64,000 nt of DNA, taken from Octopus sinensis. Its lineage: Eukaryota. The notes below the pieces were generated by a model, which was given only the letters and a program-made list of their open reading frames with translations, had not been told where the DNA came from and made no database searches. The stretch lies in NCBI RefSeq assembly GCF_006345805.1, contig NC_042998.1:53010001-53074000 (forward strand), given 5' to 3'. The stretch's first letter is position 1. The number at the start of each line of letters is the position of its first letter. A program made the position numbers and the translations under genes. Of this stretch, positions 49,855 to 63,385 are shown in pieces.

Positions 49855-50800
49855 CATCATCATCATCGTTTAACGTCCGCTTTCCATGCTAGCATGGGTT
49901 GGACGGTTCAACTGGGGTCTGGGAAGCCCGAAGGCTGCACCAGGCCAGTCAGATGTGGCAGTGTTTCTACAGCTGGATGCCCTTCCTAACGCCAACCACT
50001 CCGAGAGTGTAGTGGGTGATTTTATGTGCCACCGACACAGGTGCCAGACGAGGCTGGCAGACGGCCACACTCGGATGGTGTTTTTTATGTGCCACCGACA
50101 CAGGTGCCAGACGAGGCTGGCTGACGGCCACGCTCGGATGGTGTTTTCTTATGTGTCACCGACACAGGTGCCAGACGAGGCTGGCGGACGGCCATGCTCG
50201 GATGGTGTTTGTTACGTGCCCTCAGCACGGAGGCCAGTCATTGCGGTACTGGCTACGGTCACGTTCGGATGGTTTTCTTATGTGCCACCGGCACTGGTAC
50301 CACAAGGATACAAATTCCATTGATGTTCATCTATTTTGATTTGGTTCGATTTGATTTGATTTGATTCAATACGATTCGATTCTCACTTGCCTCAACAGGT
50401 CTTCACAAGTGTCACAAGAAGGAAGGTATGCACAGGTGGACTGACTACGTCCCAGGTAGGGGCCACGGATTATGGCTTCACTAGTCTTGCCGGGTCTTCT
50501 CACGCACAGCATACTTCCATAGGTCTCGGTCTCTAGTCATTTCCATGGTGAGACCTAACGTCCGAAGGTCGTGCTTCACCACCTCGTCCCAGGTTTTCCT
50601 GGGTCTACCTCTTCCACGGGTTCCCTCAACTGCTAGGGATTGGCACTTTCTCATACACCTATCTTCATCCATTCTCGCCACATGACCATACCAGCGCAAT
50701 CGTCTCTCTTGCACACAACAACTGATGCCTCTTAGGTACAACATTTCTCTCAAGGTACTAACGCTCTGTCGAGTAAGTACACTGACATTACACATCCATA
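49855..50800 (-). mobile_element. 5'-truncated RTE LINE, same family as 40640-42540
   Basis: ORF 50481..50795 matches the C-terminus of the 465-aa ORF; 3' UTR has ~58-bp tandem units at ~50020-50290. Confidence 0.95.
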
Positions 50801-50802
50801 AT

Positions 50803-51272
50803 AAGGTATAAAAGATGGGCTACAGCAAATATTCTGCTCAATACCACAGATTTGCTTGTCAGTTGCTTGACCTTAACCAGTTGAGCATGTCCCTTAGTGG
50901 CTGACGACATGTGCATCTCTGATCATGAGCAGAAGTAGTGGGGGAGCATCATAGCCATGTGTTGAGTGGGATTCTTTGGGGTTTGAATAATTCACCTCTG
51001 GAAACATGGGTGTTTCATTCAACATCCTTAAACAACCCTTATTCAGGGATCTTTTGAGTGGGATTGGTTACTCGACTAGAAGAAAATTCTAACTGAGCCC
51101 CACCTGCAAGGTCATGTGCTGTTTATCTTGGTATGAGATCAACATGTCGCGCACATATGGCTGTGAGGCATGTGCCTAGTGTACCCTTATCAGACGGGTA
51201 GTCATGATGGATATACTGGACTTCATATATTTTACCCCAGTGTTACTTTGATGGCATGCACTGCTCTCTTAA
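50803..51272. mobile_element. Unclassified interspersed repeat (family H)
   Basis: Collinear with 20505-20935. Confidence 0.8.
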
Positions 51273-51311
51273 TAATAACAATAATAATAATAATAATAAT
51301 ATAATAATAAT

Positions 51312-51656
51312 ATTCCTTTCTAATATAGGCACAGGCCAGAAATTTAGAGGGGAAGGGACTAGTCAATTATATTGACTCCAGTGTTTCACTGGTACTTAAT
51401 TTATCGACCTCGAAATGACAATTATATCAATAATTATAATAATGGTTTCAAATTTTGGGACAGGGCTTGAAATTTCATTAGAGGTGGCAAGTTGGTTACA
51501 TCAACCCCATTCTCAACTGGTACTTATTTTTTCGGCCCTGAGAGGATGAAAAGCAAAGTTAGCCTCAATGGAATTGGAAGGCAGAACATAAGGACAGATG
51601 AAATGCTGCTAAGTATTTTGCCTGGCATGCTAATGATTCTGTCAGCTTAATAATGA

Positions 51657-51723
<67 letters not shown>

Positions 51724-52145
51724 CTTTTCTACTAAAGGCGCAAGGCTTGAATTTTTGGGGAGGGGCAATTCAATTACATTGACCCCAGTGTTTCATTGCT
51801 ATTTAATTCATCGACTCCAAAAGGATAAAAGGTAAAGTTGACCCCAGCAGAATTTGAACTCAGAATGTAAAGATGAATGACATACTGCTAAGAATTTCAC
51901 TCACTGTGCTAACAATTCTGCCAGTTCGCTGCCTTTAATAATCCTTTCTATTATAGGCACAAGGCCTGAAATTTTGGGGATTGGAGCTAGTCGATTGCAA
52001 TAAACCCAGTACATGACTAGAACTTGTTTTACTGATCCCCCCCCCCAAAAAAAAAATGACATGCAAAGTCGACTTTGGCAGAATTTGAAATCAGAGCATA
52101 AAGTCATAAAAAATGTCACTACACGTAAGAACTCTGCCACCTTGC
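51312..52145 (-). mobile_element. Chain of four head-to-tail SINE family A copies
   Basis: Copies at about 51312-51412, 51440-51650, 51722-51935 and 51936-52145, with (AAT)n/(ACT)n tracts. Confidence 0.85.
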
Positions 52146-52170
52146 AGCTTTAATTACAATTACAATAATG

Positions 52171-52204
<34 letters not shown>

Positions 52205-52682
52205 TAATAACAATAATAATAATAATGCTGATGATGATGATGGTAGTGATGTTTTGATAAATGTTGATGATGATTACATTTTACGCTTATTCTTTTGAAA
52301 TACATTAGGAAATGCTTCTTAAGCTACTTGAAATATTCAGTGATTATTTAAGATATTTCAATTGGGGAAACCAAAAGCAGATGAAACACATCAACAAAAA
52401 TGTCTAATCACATATTTCAAAAGGTATTCAATCCAGCAGAAGCTTTGGCATTGACATTCAAGTGATAATTTAAAAGTTCTAATCTTCAACGCAAGTTCTC
52501 GTGTAAATATCAAAGTCAGAAACAGGATATGTGTATTAGAATGAATTAAAAAAAAAAAGAAAAAGTTTTCTTTTCTTTCAATTCTCCTACCTGACACTAT
52601 ATTTTTTTCCTCTTTTCATCATCATTTCCTTCTCTTCAAACCTGCTCTTTCCTCAAAAGAGATATGCATGTATGTGCACGTG

Positions 52683-52724
<42 letters not shown>

Positions 52725-52744
52725 TATTTGACTATGCTCTCTCT

Positions 52745-52778
<34 letters not shown>

Positions 52779-52942
52779 AAATTAAAATTAGGGTGAAAAA
52801 TTGGATATTAATTTGAAAACATCAATTTTAACACCAGTGGTCTAGCATATAAAAAACTGAGGTTCAGTAAATAGTATTCATAGCAGATCTTCTAGCATAA
52901 GGGTTTCCACATAGTGGTAAAATTCCCTCTTATATGTATGTA

Positions 52943-52973
<31 letters not shown>

Positions 52974-53031
52974 TATATATAGACTTGTGTGTTTATGTAT
53001 CTCATACATACATATATCATGCAAACGTATA

Positions 53032-53912
53032 CAGAGTGTTCAGGCTAAATCTGATGATTTTTATATCTACTAGTTTCAGGAACAGCTTCATGTATTGGTA
53101 AACAATCAGTAGTGTCGAAGAGCATAAAGATTAAAGTTGTCGTTGACAAAAAGTTAGCTGACATGAAGACTGGAAGCCATCTGAATATTGGAAAAGTGTT
53201 ATTTGTATCATGATGATTCATGCTGGCTGTTAAAATACTTTCATCCTAACTGTTGCTCAATGCTGTGTGAACACTGTAAAGACTATGAATTGTAACATGG
53301 TAATCATGAAAACCAAGACCCCACGAAACTGTGATAGTCTTTGGGTGTGTTTTCAGTGAGAGTGATGCTATGCTACCCTAAATCTTTGAACAGAGCCTGA
53401 AGCTCACTTCTGACAGCTATATGAAGCAGCTGGAGACTGTGGTCAAATCCTGGCTGGAGGGGATTGCTGCTGGAAGGCCATATGTGTCTCAGCAGGAATT
53501 GGTTCTTTGCCATTCCTCCACAAAGAGTCAGAAGTGGTTGTCAGAGAGTTTCTATGACCTCACCAACCCTAATTTCTGGACTCTTAATCCCTCTGAATGC
53601 AATCCCATGGATTACTATGTGTGGGGTACAGCTGAAAAAAACATCAACTGCTCTGCCTTGAATACCAAGGTGGCCAAGGTCAAGTGGGTCTTTGAAGACC
53701 TTCCTAAGGATATAGTGAGGAAGCCAAGTGCCAGGTTTCAGAACTATCTGGAGGCTGTGGTAGAAACTGAGGGTGGCTACTTTGAGTAAACTGTTATCGC
53801 CCAACCATAATCTAGTTCATATTTTTTATATTTTCAAATACCTTTATTTGGTGGTGGGATATTGTGTTCTTTTCCCTTTATGCAAACTGTCAAATTTAGC
53901 CTGAATAGTTTG
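53032..53912 (+). mobile_element. Internally deleted Tc1/mariner transposon, DD37D (maT/Bmmar1-like)
   Basis: TA on both flanks; imperfect TIRs cagagtgttcaggctaaatctga / tcaaatttagcctgaatagtttg; transposase C-terminal half inside. Confidence 0.85.
53295..53789 (+). pseudogene. DD37D transposase C-terminal remnant
   Basis: YVSQQE...PSECNPMDYYVWG...EGGYFE; 37 residues between the second and third catalytic positions; second Asp is Glu; upstream stop. Confidence 0.85.
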
Positions 53913-54477
53913 TAAATACTCACACACACACGCACACACAAACATAATTCCATATATAAATACATACAAGTATCACATTGTAAAGGTGTGAGGGTGTCAG
54001 ATACAAAGCTTTGTTCATTGTTCTGGACCTTTCTGCTCTCTTTTAAAATATGGCAAAAGTCAACTTCGTCACTCAGCACTGTGAAGCCAATAGAAAAATA
54101 CCAACCCAGTGTGAAGGGTGTTCATTTCTCTGTCTGTCTGTCTCTCTCTCTCTCGGAAAAAAGACATACTGTCCAGTGAGAAAGGTTAAGGTGGACCAAT
54201 CACAAGATATCTCTCTCCAGAAATAGGTAAGGGAAGAGAGAGGGACTACATTTTCTATAAAACAAAGAAAATAAGAGACTGATATCTGCTAGTGTAGTAG
54301 GAATATTTAATATTACACAATTAGGGTCTATATGTTTTTTATTTAGTCAATAGTTTTATGAAGCTGACATCAATAGTTTCATACCAGCAATATATACCCA
54401 AAGACTAGAGTAGAGAGACACTAGGAAGGCAGTAACTCTAAGAACTGACTCAGGCTGCAATAACCTGTCTAACCCTT

Positions 54478-55135
54478 AAGGCAGTGAGCTGGCAGAATTG
54501 TTAGCACACCTGGTGAAATGCATAGCGGTATTTTGTCTAAAGCAGTGAGCTAGCAGAAACATTAACGTGGTGTTCGAAATACTTAACGGTATTTCATCTG
54601 CCGTTATGTTCTGAGTTCAAATTCCGCCGAGGTCGATTTGCCTTTCATCCTGTTGGGGTCGATTAAATAAGTACCAGTTACACACTGGGGTCAATGTAAT
54701 CAACTTAATCCGTTTGTCTGTCCTTGTTTGTCCTCTCTGTGTTTAGCCCCTTTTGGGTAGTAAAGAAATAGGTATTTTATCTGCTGCAACATTCTGAGTT
54801 CAAATTCTGTTGAGGTCGACTTTGCCTTTCATCCTGTTGGGGTCGATTAAATAAGTACCAGTTACACACTGGGGTCAATGTAATCAACTTAATCCGTTTG
54901 TCTGTCCTTGTTTGTCCTCTCTGTGTTTAGCCCCTTTTGGGTAGTAAAGAAATAGGTATTTTATCTGCTGCAACATTCTGAGTTCAAATTCTGTTGAGGT
55001 CGACTTTGCCTTTCATCCTGTTGGGGTCGATTAAATAAGTACCAGTTATGCACTGGAGTCGATGTAATCGACTTAATCCCTTTGTCAGTCCTTGTTTGTC
55101 CTCTCTATGTTTAGCCCCTTGTGGGCAATAGAGAA
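54478..55135 (+). mobile_element. SINE family A tandem array (three bodies, ~184-bp period)
   Basis: ggtatt unit starts at 54588, 54771 and 54955. Confidence 0.9.
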
Positions 55136-57779
55136 TTAAATAACCTGTCTAATCCATACAAACATGGAAAAGGGTACATATAATGATGATACACACACGC
55201 ACATACACACAAGCACAAACACACACACTTACAAACCACACAGGAGTACACACATATATATCATGTATTCCCTGTATTCAAATTTCTACATATATATTGT
55301 ATTTTTAGCTCTTTACATGAAACGATAACACGAACACGCAACACACGTACACACATAAACAAATACACACACACACACACATGCATATGTTTACAGCTGT
55401 TTATAAACAACATAATGTTTAAGTGCATGAATATGAAATGCGTTAATTTTTATTGTGTCCTCCTTTAAATTCATAAGCATGCACATCCCTCTAACTATCC
55501 ATTCAAACACAAAATCAATATACTTGCTATACATAATTAGAGATGACTGTATCTGTTTCCAGCAGATCTCTTTAAATATCATTCTTTCTATGTAATTAAA
55601 GGGTTAACTCAAGAGTTCCACTGGATTTTGCCTCACACAATTAAGATAATAAAAACTTGCTTTTATATTGTGTAAGATACAATTAATGGGAAGATAGCCT
55701 ATAGACAGAGTTGAAATTCTTGGTGCAAGGAACAGCAGATACATACATACATACATAAACATGCACATACATACATATATACATACATACGTACGTACAT
55801 ACATACATACTTGCATGCATGCATCTATATATACGGATAGAGAGATACACGTGCACACACACATGTATACACTCTCACACATGTATACACTCATACACAC
55901 ACACATATATGTGTGACAAACGCATGGCTGTATGATTAAGAAGCTGACTTTGCAACTATGTGGTTCTGGATTCAATCGTAATGAGTGGCACTTCATGCAT
56001 GTGTTGTCTACTCAACCAATGCCTCGTGTATGAATGTATATATGCATGTATATATGTACATATTTGTGTATGTATGTATATACATACAGAGAGATAAATA
56101 GATAGATAGAGAAATAGAGAGTGGGGTAGAAGAGAGAGTGAAGGGTAGAGAAATATGCTTATGTACATGAGTGAATATGCATAGACTCACACACAGCTGC
56201 AAATATACATGCAATATTGAAAATAACTGCATCGTAATTGGGAAATGCTTATCCAGGAAATCTAGTTCAGCAATGTGTGTGAGTGAGCACAGGCTTGCAT
56301 ATATCAATATGAATGAGTGGAAGAGAGAGAGAGAGAGAAGAAAGAGATGAAGAAAGGTGTTAAGAGACATATCCTTGCATGTGTGTGTGTGTGTGTGTGT
56401 GCGTGCATGCTTTAGTATCATTTACATGTATTGTTTGTCAGTCAGGAAATGAAACCTGAATGGCTCATAGCCTCACCTCCCTGTCACTGAAAAGGTGTTA
56501 GATAACATTCATCTTTTATTTTTTTTTGCTGCTGGCTCAAACACCCAACTTAATGCTGATCAAATAAATCTATGCCCAGAGACCTTACAATCCTAATTGT
56601 CAAGTCTTTTCTTTTCTTTTTTTTTATATTTTCGACAGTTAAACTTTATCTAATATGTCTTTCCCTATTTAGCACAATAGAGTATGATTTGAGAGAGATG
56701 AAACTGCTATTTCTTGTAGACCAAGAAAACCACACAGAGATTCCCAAACAACTATCAGAACATTCCATAAGATCAGCTGGTGGTGTTGATAGTTAATTGT
56801 TTGTGGAGAGCTTTTGATCTAGCTATGTTGATCTTCAGATATTTTGTTGGCGAAATGTTGGGTGGCTTTGGTGGGTAAGTAGGTAAGAAAATAGATAGAC
56901 AAACAATGAACAGACAGGAAGGCATTCAAACACATGAATTGATAGATTTTGGATGTAGACTATTGTGAATTGGGATTAAGCAAAACACTATTAGGTAGAG
57001 TATTTATTTAATGCTGAATCTGGGTTAGTTGACACTCAGAGTTTCTCATTTCCTGGCTTCAAGTGATTGAATATATATATATAATTAGAATACGAATTTT
57101 AATGGCAGAAGTGATAAAATGATTAAAAGAGTAAAGAAACAAATGATATTTGCTGAATATTCAATGAAAAATTTGTCCTACTAAGTGACAATATGTTCAG
57201 GAAATAAACTAACTATATAGTCTGATATTACCAAGAGAAACAACAGGTCTAGTTAAGGGTCAATGAAGGAGTCTGTATGAAGCCACTGAATCTGCAAGAA
57301 TTAGCAGTCAAATCCTTCTTATATGGCACACTACTGTTTTAAAAACGGAAGGTATTTGATGATATATAAATACACTGTATCTAAAACAAAAAAAAAATAA
57401 AAAAAGAAAATGAAGATGGTCACCAGTGGAATAATTCAAGTGAGCAGTCCCCAATCATATTTTCTAGTTTCATGTGTTTTTACGAGCATAAGAAAGCATA
57501 ATAAAGTGCATACTATATAATTTAATAATTACATATATATTACATATACGTATGTTACATATGATTAGTCCACATTACTTCTTAAGGAGAATAGGGCTAG
57601 ATTCCTGGTTTCTCAGGCAACGCTATATTTTGTTCTACTTGTAGTATTTAAGCTTTGTGTGTTTACTTTATCTCTCTTTTTCTTGCTTTTACCTCTGGTT
57701 GGGTAACCATGTATCTCCTCTACAAGACACCTGTTTCTGTCTCTCTGTCACACCCTAACCTTTCATCATCTGGCACAAG

Positions 57780-58127
57780 ATTACCTCCTCCAATGCTTCC
57801 TCCCCTCTCAAAGGATCTTTGTCTTGCAAGTAACTTGGTGACTCTGCTGGTTCCCCGTAAAAAGCATCCAGTCTACACTGTACAGTGGTTGACATTTGGA
57901 AGGGCATCCAGCTGTAAAAACCATGCCAAAATTGACCTTGCCTGTGCTGGTGCTAAATAAAAAGCACTCAGTACAGTGGAGTGGTTGGTGTCATGAAGGG
58001 CATCCAGTCATAAAAACCATTCCAAAACAAATACAGTGGCCTGGTGTAGTCTTCTACCTGGCCAACTCTTGTCAAACTGTCCAACTCATGCTAGCATGGA
58101 AAATGGACGCTAAATGATGATGATGAT
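57780..58127 (+). mobile_element. RTE 3' UTR fragment with (GAT)n tail
   Basis: ccaactcatgctagcatggaaaatggacgctaaatgatgatg. Confidence 0.75.
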
Positions 58128-58262
58128 TCTTTTGAATTCATCATGTATTATCTTGTGGTTTTGAGATTTCGATGGTGTGATTGTTTATTTTTAGAATGAC
58201 ATTATCAGGTAAGTGTAAGAAACTGAATCTGGCCAGATTGATCCTAAAACAAATAGATATTA
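58128..58262 (+). mobile_element. Internal fragment of the TTAA-type MITE
   Basis: Matches 48660-48790. Confidence 0.65.
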
Positions 58263-58285
58263 TTGACTAGTAGATACACAAGTGC

Positions 58286-58345
58286 CATGTAATAAACACT
58301 CAAACCATGTAATAAACATTCAAAACATGTAATAAACACTCAATC
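58286..58345. repeat. 20-bp minisatellite x3
   Basis: catgtaataaaca(c/t)tcaa(a) repeated. Confidence 0.9.
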
Positions 58346-58904
58346 CAAATGCGTTCACAAGGCTTTGACTGACCTGCGTCTATAGCAGAAGACACTTGCT
58401 CAAGGTGCCATACAATAGGATTGAACCTGGAACCATGCAATTGGGAAACAAGCTTCATACCACAGGACCATACCTATGATGCAAAGTGACCCTGGAGACA
58501 GCAATAGTCAATAGAAGAGAAATAAAGTCTTAAATTTTTTTCTTTCTGTGGGCTTAGTACAAAATGATTCACAGCCTGGAAATTTGGGATGCCTGCTTTA
58601 GATCTTGGTGGAAGCTGACACTGGACTAACAACAACGATATTACTATAAGCATAATGCAAATTAATAATAAATGTTGGGGTGAAAATAGTATGTATATAG
58701 TAAAAGAACAGAGCAAAGCAGGGGATGGCTATAAAAGACTTTCTACTATGTTGTTAAGTTTTTTAGAAATGTGAGTCTTATACATAAAACTCTGAAATGT
58801 GTTTCACTGCAGGCTTGTCTGAACACTGCTAGTAATGGAAAAGATTAAATTGATGCTAATCTTAAAGATGGTGATGATGATCAAACATATGAACACTTAA
58901 CCAC

Positions 58905-59310
58905 AAACACACACGTACATACACACACACACACATATATATATATACACACACAGAAACATGTATACGTATATGCACGCATGTACATATACACACATAT
59001 ATATGTATACATATATGCATACATATATGTATACATATATACATGCATGTACATATACACACACATATATATATGTATACAAATATAAATACATATATGT
59101 ATATATACATATATAAATACAAATACATATATACATGTGTGTGTCTGTGTGTCTACATACCTTATTTAATAACAGATTAACTCAGCTCCATGTAACTTAA
59201 AGTCACGCAGGCTCGTAGAACCCATATACATACATATATATTATATGCACAAACATATATATATATTTACACACACACATATATATACACACACATACAC
59301 ATATATGCAT
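58905..59310. repeat. Compound (CA)/(TA)/(CATA) microsatellite field
   Basis: Direct; explains three minus-strand ORFs. Confidence 0.9.
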
Positions 59311-59714
59311 CTAATTATGTTCGTGTATGTGTTCATAAAACTACAGAAATACTGTTATATTGCATATTTGTCCATAAAATATGTTGATTTTTCTTCTCTT
59401 TATGCTTGATTCTCTTCTCTCCTTGTTCCATTCTAACACATACAGACAAATATATTGAAACCTATACTCACCTAAAAAAAAATAAATGTATTCATGCTAA
59501 TTCATACTTACAGATACTTTCATACAAAATAAGTCACCTGCAACTTGCATGTTTCCTTATTTGCTACCACTCCAGTGCACATGTATTCATGTTATATAAA
59601 TATGTAGTCACATATTTCACTATAAGCACTCACATATTTATTTAACATCACTTTAAAATACTCATATACATACTTATGTACATACATACATACAGATATA
59701 CATACGTACAGCTT

Positions 59715-60072
59715 TCACTTGTATTAATCATTGGACTGTGGCCATGCTGGAGCACTGCCTTGAAAAGTTCTAGTCAAAGGGACTGATCTGCAGTATTTCC
59801 ATTTTCTAATGACTGGTACTTCTTATTCTATTGATCTCTGTTGCTGAACTGCTAAGTTACAGGAATGTAAACAAACCAACACCAACTGTCAAGCAGCGAG
59901 GAGGTTAGAGCAAACACACACACACACACAATGGGCTTCTTTCAGTTTTGGACAACCAAATCCGCTCGCAAGGTTTTGGTTGGCCTGGGGCTATAGTGCC
60001 ACGAAGATGGACTGAACCCAGAACCATGTGGCTGGGAAGCTAACTGCTTACCTCACACCCATACCTGCACCT
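59715..60072 (-). mobile_element. SINE family B
   Basis: Full family body, reverse-complemented. Confidence 0.8.
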
Positions 60073-60145
60073 ACATGCATGCAAAGATAAATAGACACAA
60101 ACTTGACTATATGCTCACCATGTTTATTCTTCCACTTCAATGCAT

Positions 60146-60178
<33 letters not shown>

Positions 60179-61266
60179 CAGAATACATACATTCCTACTT
60201 ACATTTGCACACACACACACACACACGCATACTTTCAGCAACACTTCAATGTATGTATAAACTCTCTCTCACACACACACACACACAGATACAAATTTTA
60301 TATGCACGCAGGCTTATTCCAATGCACATACATACATACATACATACATACATACATACAACATCATACACAAACACAACTCACACATAATATATAACAT
60401 AGGCTCAAACCTGACTTTTATGCACACACAACACACACACACACACACATGGTCTTGCTTACCTAAATACTTCCTGTGGTTTTATCACCTTTATGAGTTA
60501 TTTCAGATTATGTACATCAACAAACACACCAAGCCTAAATCTTTATCTCCATAACCCAATCTTAAGCAAAGCACTATTTACTTTCACCCCATCTTTCCTT
60601 TTTCTTTTCTGTATCTTTTTTTTGTTTTTTTTTACTTCCATCTTAACCTAACTCTCATTTCTCAATCTTCCTCACCTCAAACCATCAATGCAGTTTCGGC
60701 TCATATTTCATATCAGTGCAAATGATATTCGTGCAGAACTTCTTCCCTTTTTACCTCTTGTTATGTATTTATTTATTTATTTTAATGTTTTATTACATAT
60801 TTATTTATTTATTCCTTTCCACTTCACCTCATCTTCTACAGGCTTTTTCCTTCAAACCAGATCCAACAATATTCTTGATTTCTTATCAGAAGGCATCAGT
60901 TTCTGTAAACTTCATAAATATTTTGTTTTCTCAACCTCTGTATCTCTCTTCCAGTGACTCTACACAATTTGGTTTTATTTCATGCCATTCTAAGTCATTC
61001 CTGCCATAATATTGGATTACCAGCTTTTGTATTTTCTTCCTCGTTTTCCTATTACTAATATACACAGAACAGAAGAAGAAAATCCTAATGAAGTAATACT
61101 AACAACAGAAAAAAAAACAAGAAAAAACAACCAAATATTAATTTAAGGCACTGATTTTATGGAAGCCTACAAGAGTCAAAGATCACATCCTGGACTATCA
61201 GCATACTTGGATGTGAAAGATACAGTAGGATATGAGATGCTAGTTACTGTTTATATTATGGATATG

Positions 61267-61646
61267 TAGAGGCACCAAGGCCCAGTAGTTAGGGCAATGG
61301 ACTCATGGTTGTAGGATAATGGTTTCAATTCTCAGACCGGGCATTGTGAGTGTTTATTGAGCGAAAACACCTAAAGCTCCACAAGGCTCTGGCAGGGGTG
61401 GTGGCAAACACTGCTCTACTATTTCACCACAACTTTCTCTCACTCTTTCTTCCTGTTTCTGTTGTATCTGTATTTCAAAAGGGCCAGCCTTGTCACACAC
61501 TGTGTTACACTGAATCTCCCTGAGAACTACGTTAAGGTTACACATGTCTGTGGAGTACTCAGCCACTTGCACGTTAATTTCATGAACAGGCTGTTCCATT
61601 GATCGGATCAATTGGAACCCTCGTCGTTGTAACCAATGGAGTGCCA
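61267..61646 (+). mobile_element. SINE family E
   Basis: Homologous to 17639-17948; ORF 61354..61707 is antisense to it. Confidence 0.8.
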
Positions 61647-61782
61647 TGATATTATGGGTTCCAATTTTAACATCACGGAATCCAACATCATAATTATGAT
61701 GATCCAATAAAGGGTGCCTTTATACAGCCACACAATCTGATAGAAATAATAACCAAATCTCCCTCAGATTATAGTTCACAGT

Positions 61783-62340
61783 CTTTAGCACATTAATATT
61801 TAAGCCTGCCATATTCAGCAAAAAATATTCTATTTTATGTTCAAACTGGCCAGATTCAGCCTCTCTCACCTGGCCAATGATATCATTCTGGAAATGCACA
61901 TTCACAATACTGGAGTCTTGAAGTTATGAGATAATGCATGATTAATTCAAAACAATGTGAATAGGTAAGCATTATGTTTGACAGAAGGTTCATGGCTCAG
62001 CAATTAGAGTGTCGGACTCACAATCATGAAGTACTGAGTTCAATTCCTGGACTGGGCTGTGTGTTGTGTTCTTGAGCAAGACACTTTATTTCATGTTGCT
62101 CCAGTTGACTCAGCTGTAGAAACGAGTACCAAGCTGTATCAGCCTTTGCCTTTCCCTTGGATAACATCAATGGTGTAGAGAGGGGAGGCTGGTATGCATG
62201 GGCGACTGCTGGTCTTCCATAAACAACTTTGCCCAGACTTGTGCTTTGGCGGGGAACTTTTCAGGTGCAATCCCATCGTCATTCATGACCGAAGGGTGTT
62301 TTTATATTTGACAGAGTAATCTGAAAGCTAAAGGGTTGAA
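61783..62340 (-). mobile_element. TTAA-type MITE, split by a SINE
   Basis: Plus reads gctaaagggttgaa at 62327-62340; body continues at 61783-61985. Confidence 0.75.
61986..62306 (+). mobile_element. SINE family D with 9-bp TSD
   Basis: TSD tttgacaga at 61977-61985 and 62307-62315. Confidence 0.85.
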
Positions 62341-63004
62341 CCGAGGGGGACTCATAAACTAGTGTCGTCTTTGACACCCCTAAAAAGACAGGATGGGATG
62401 ATCATGACAGAAAACCTTTGGTCGTAAGTTTGCTTGATCAGAATTGATTTAGGGAGCAACAACAACAACAGTGACAGCAACAACATCGCAACAGCAGCAA
62501 CAGTAGTAGCTGCATTATCATTGACTTCCTCTATCATTGATGCATGAATATAAATTAAATACCTTGTTTATTGAATCTATCTCCATTGTGTCACTGAGAA
62601 GCCTTTTAGACATATAAGAGCAGAATGAGATTTAATTATCAATTATCTCTACATATCTCACATAATTAAATAATGGATACCAGACAATATGGTTGGATCA
62701 AAACTAGATGAGATCATGGCATCATGAGATTGGCAGTTATGGTTTGACATGCAACTTTTCTGTAGAATTCAGTTAACTGGTTCCATGTTATTGTTCCTGA
62801 ATAGTTATTATAACTTAACAATAGTACTATCTTCATACATAGAATGACAGTACCAGTATTTTAAGCATATCTCAAAGCTGCATGACAAAAGAAAAGGAAA
62901 GGCCTTTACATGGTCACTTGACCTGTTAGAAATAGCTACCAAAAGTACCTCAAACTATAAACAATTATCTTAAGGCAATAAATAAAATAAAAAAAACATT
63001 GGCA

Positions 63005-63385
63005 GAGGCATGGCTGTGTGGTAAGAAGTCCACTTCCCAGCCACCTGCTTCCAGGTTCAATCCTACAGCATGGCCTTTGGACAAGTGTCTTCTACTATAG
63101 CCCCAGGGGCTGACTAAAGCCTTGTGAGCGGAACTAGTAGACAGAAACTGAAAAAAGCTTGTCGTGTGTGTGTGTGTGATTATATTTGTATATGTCTTCT
63201 ATCCCCACTTGATAACTGGTGTTGGCTTGTTTACCTTCCTGTAACTTAGTAGTTCAGCAAAATGACACCAACAGAATAAGTTCCTGGTTTATAAAAATAG
63301 GGATTAAGTCATTCAACTAAACCCTTCAAGGCAATGCCCCAGCATGGCCACGGTCTAATGACTGAAACAAGTAAAAGATGAAAAG
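63005..63385 (+). mobile_element. SINE family B
   Basis: Full family body. Confidence 0.85.

Noticed and set aside
54588-55135. Repeat arrays superficially like CRISPR (also 50020-50290)
   Set aside because: No unique spacers or cas genes; eukaryotic SINE/LINE tandem units.
334-60397. Dozens of listed ORFs rich in HT/YI/CV/II/NN/SS dipeptides
   Set aside because: They are translations of (CA)n, (TA)n, (CATA)n, (AAT)n and (CAT)n microsatellites.
61354-61707. 117-aa minus-strand ORF
   Set aside because: Antisense reading of a family E SINE.
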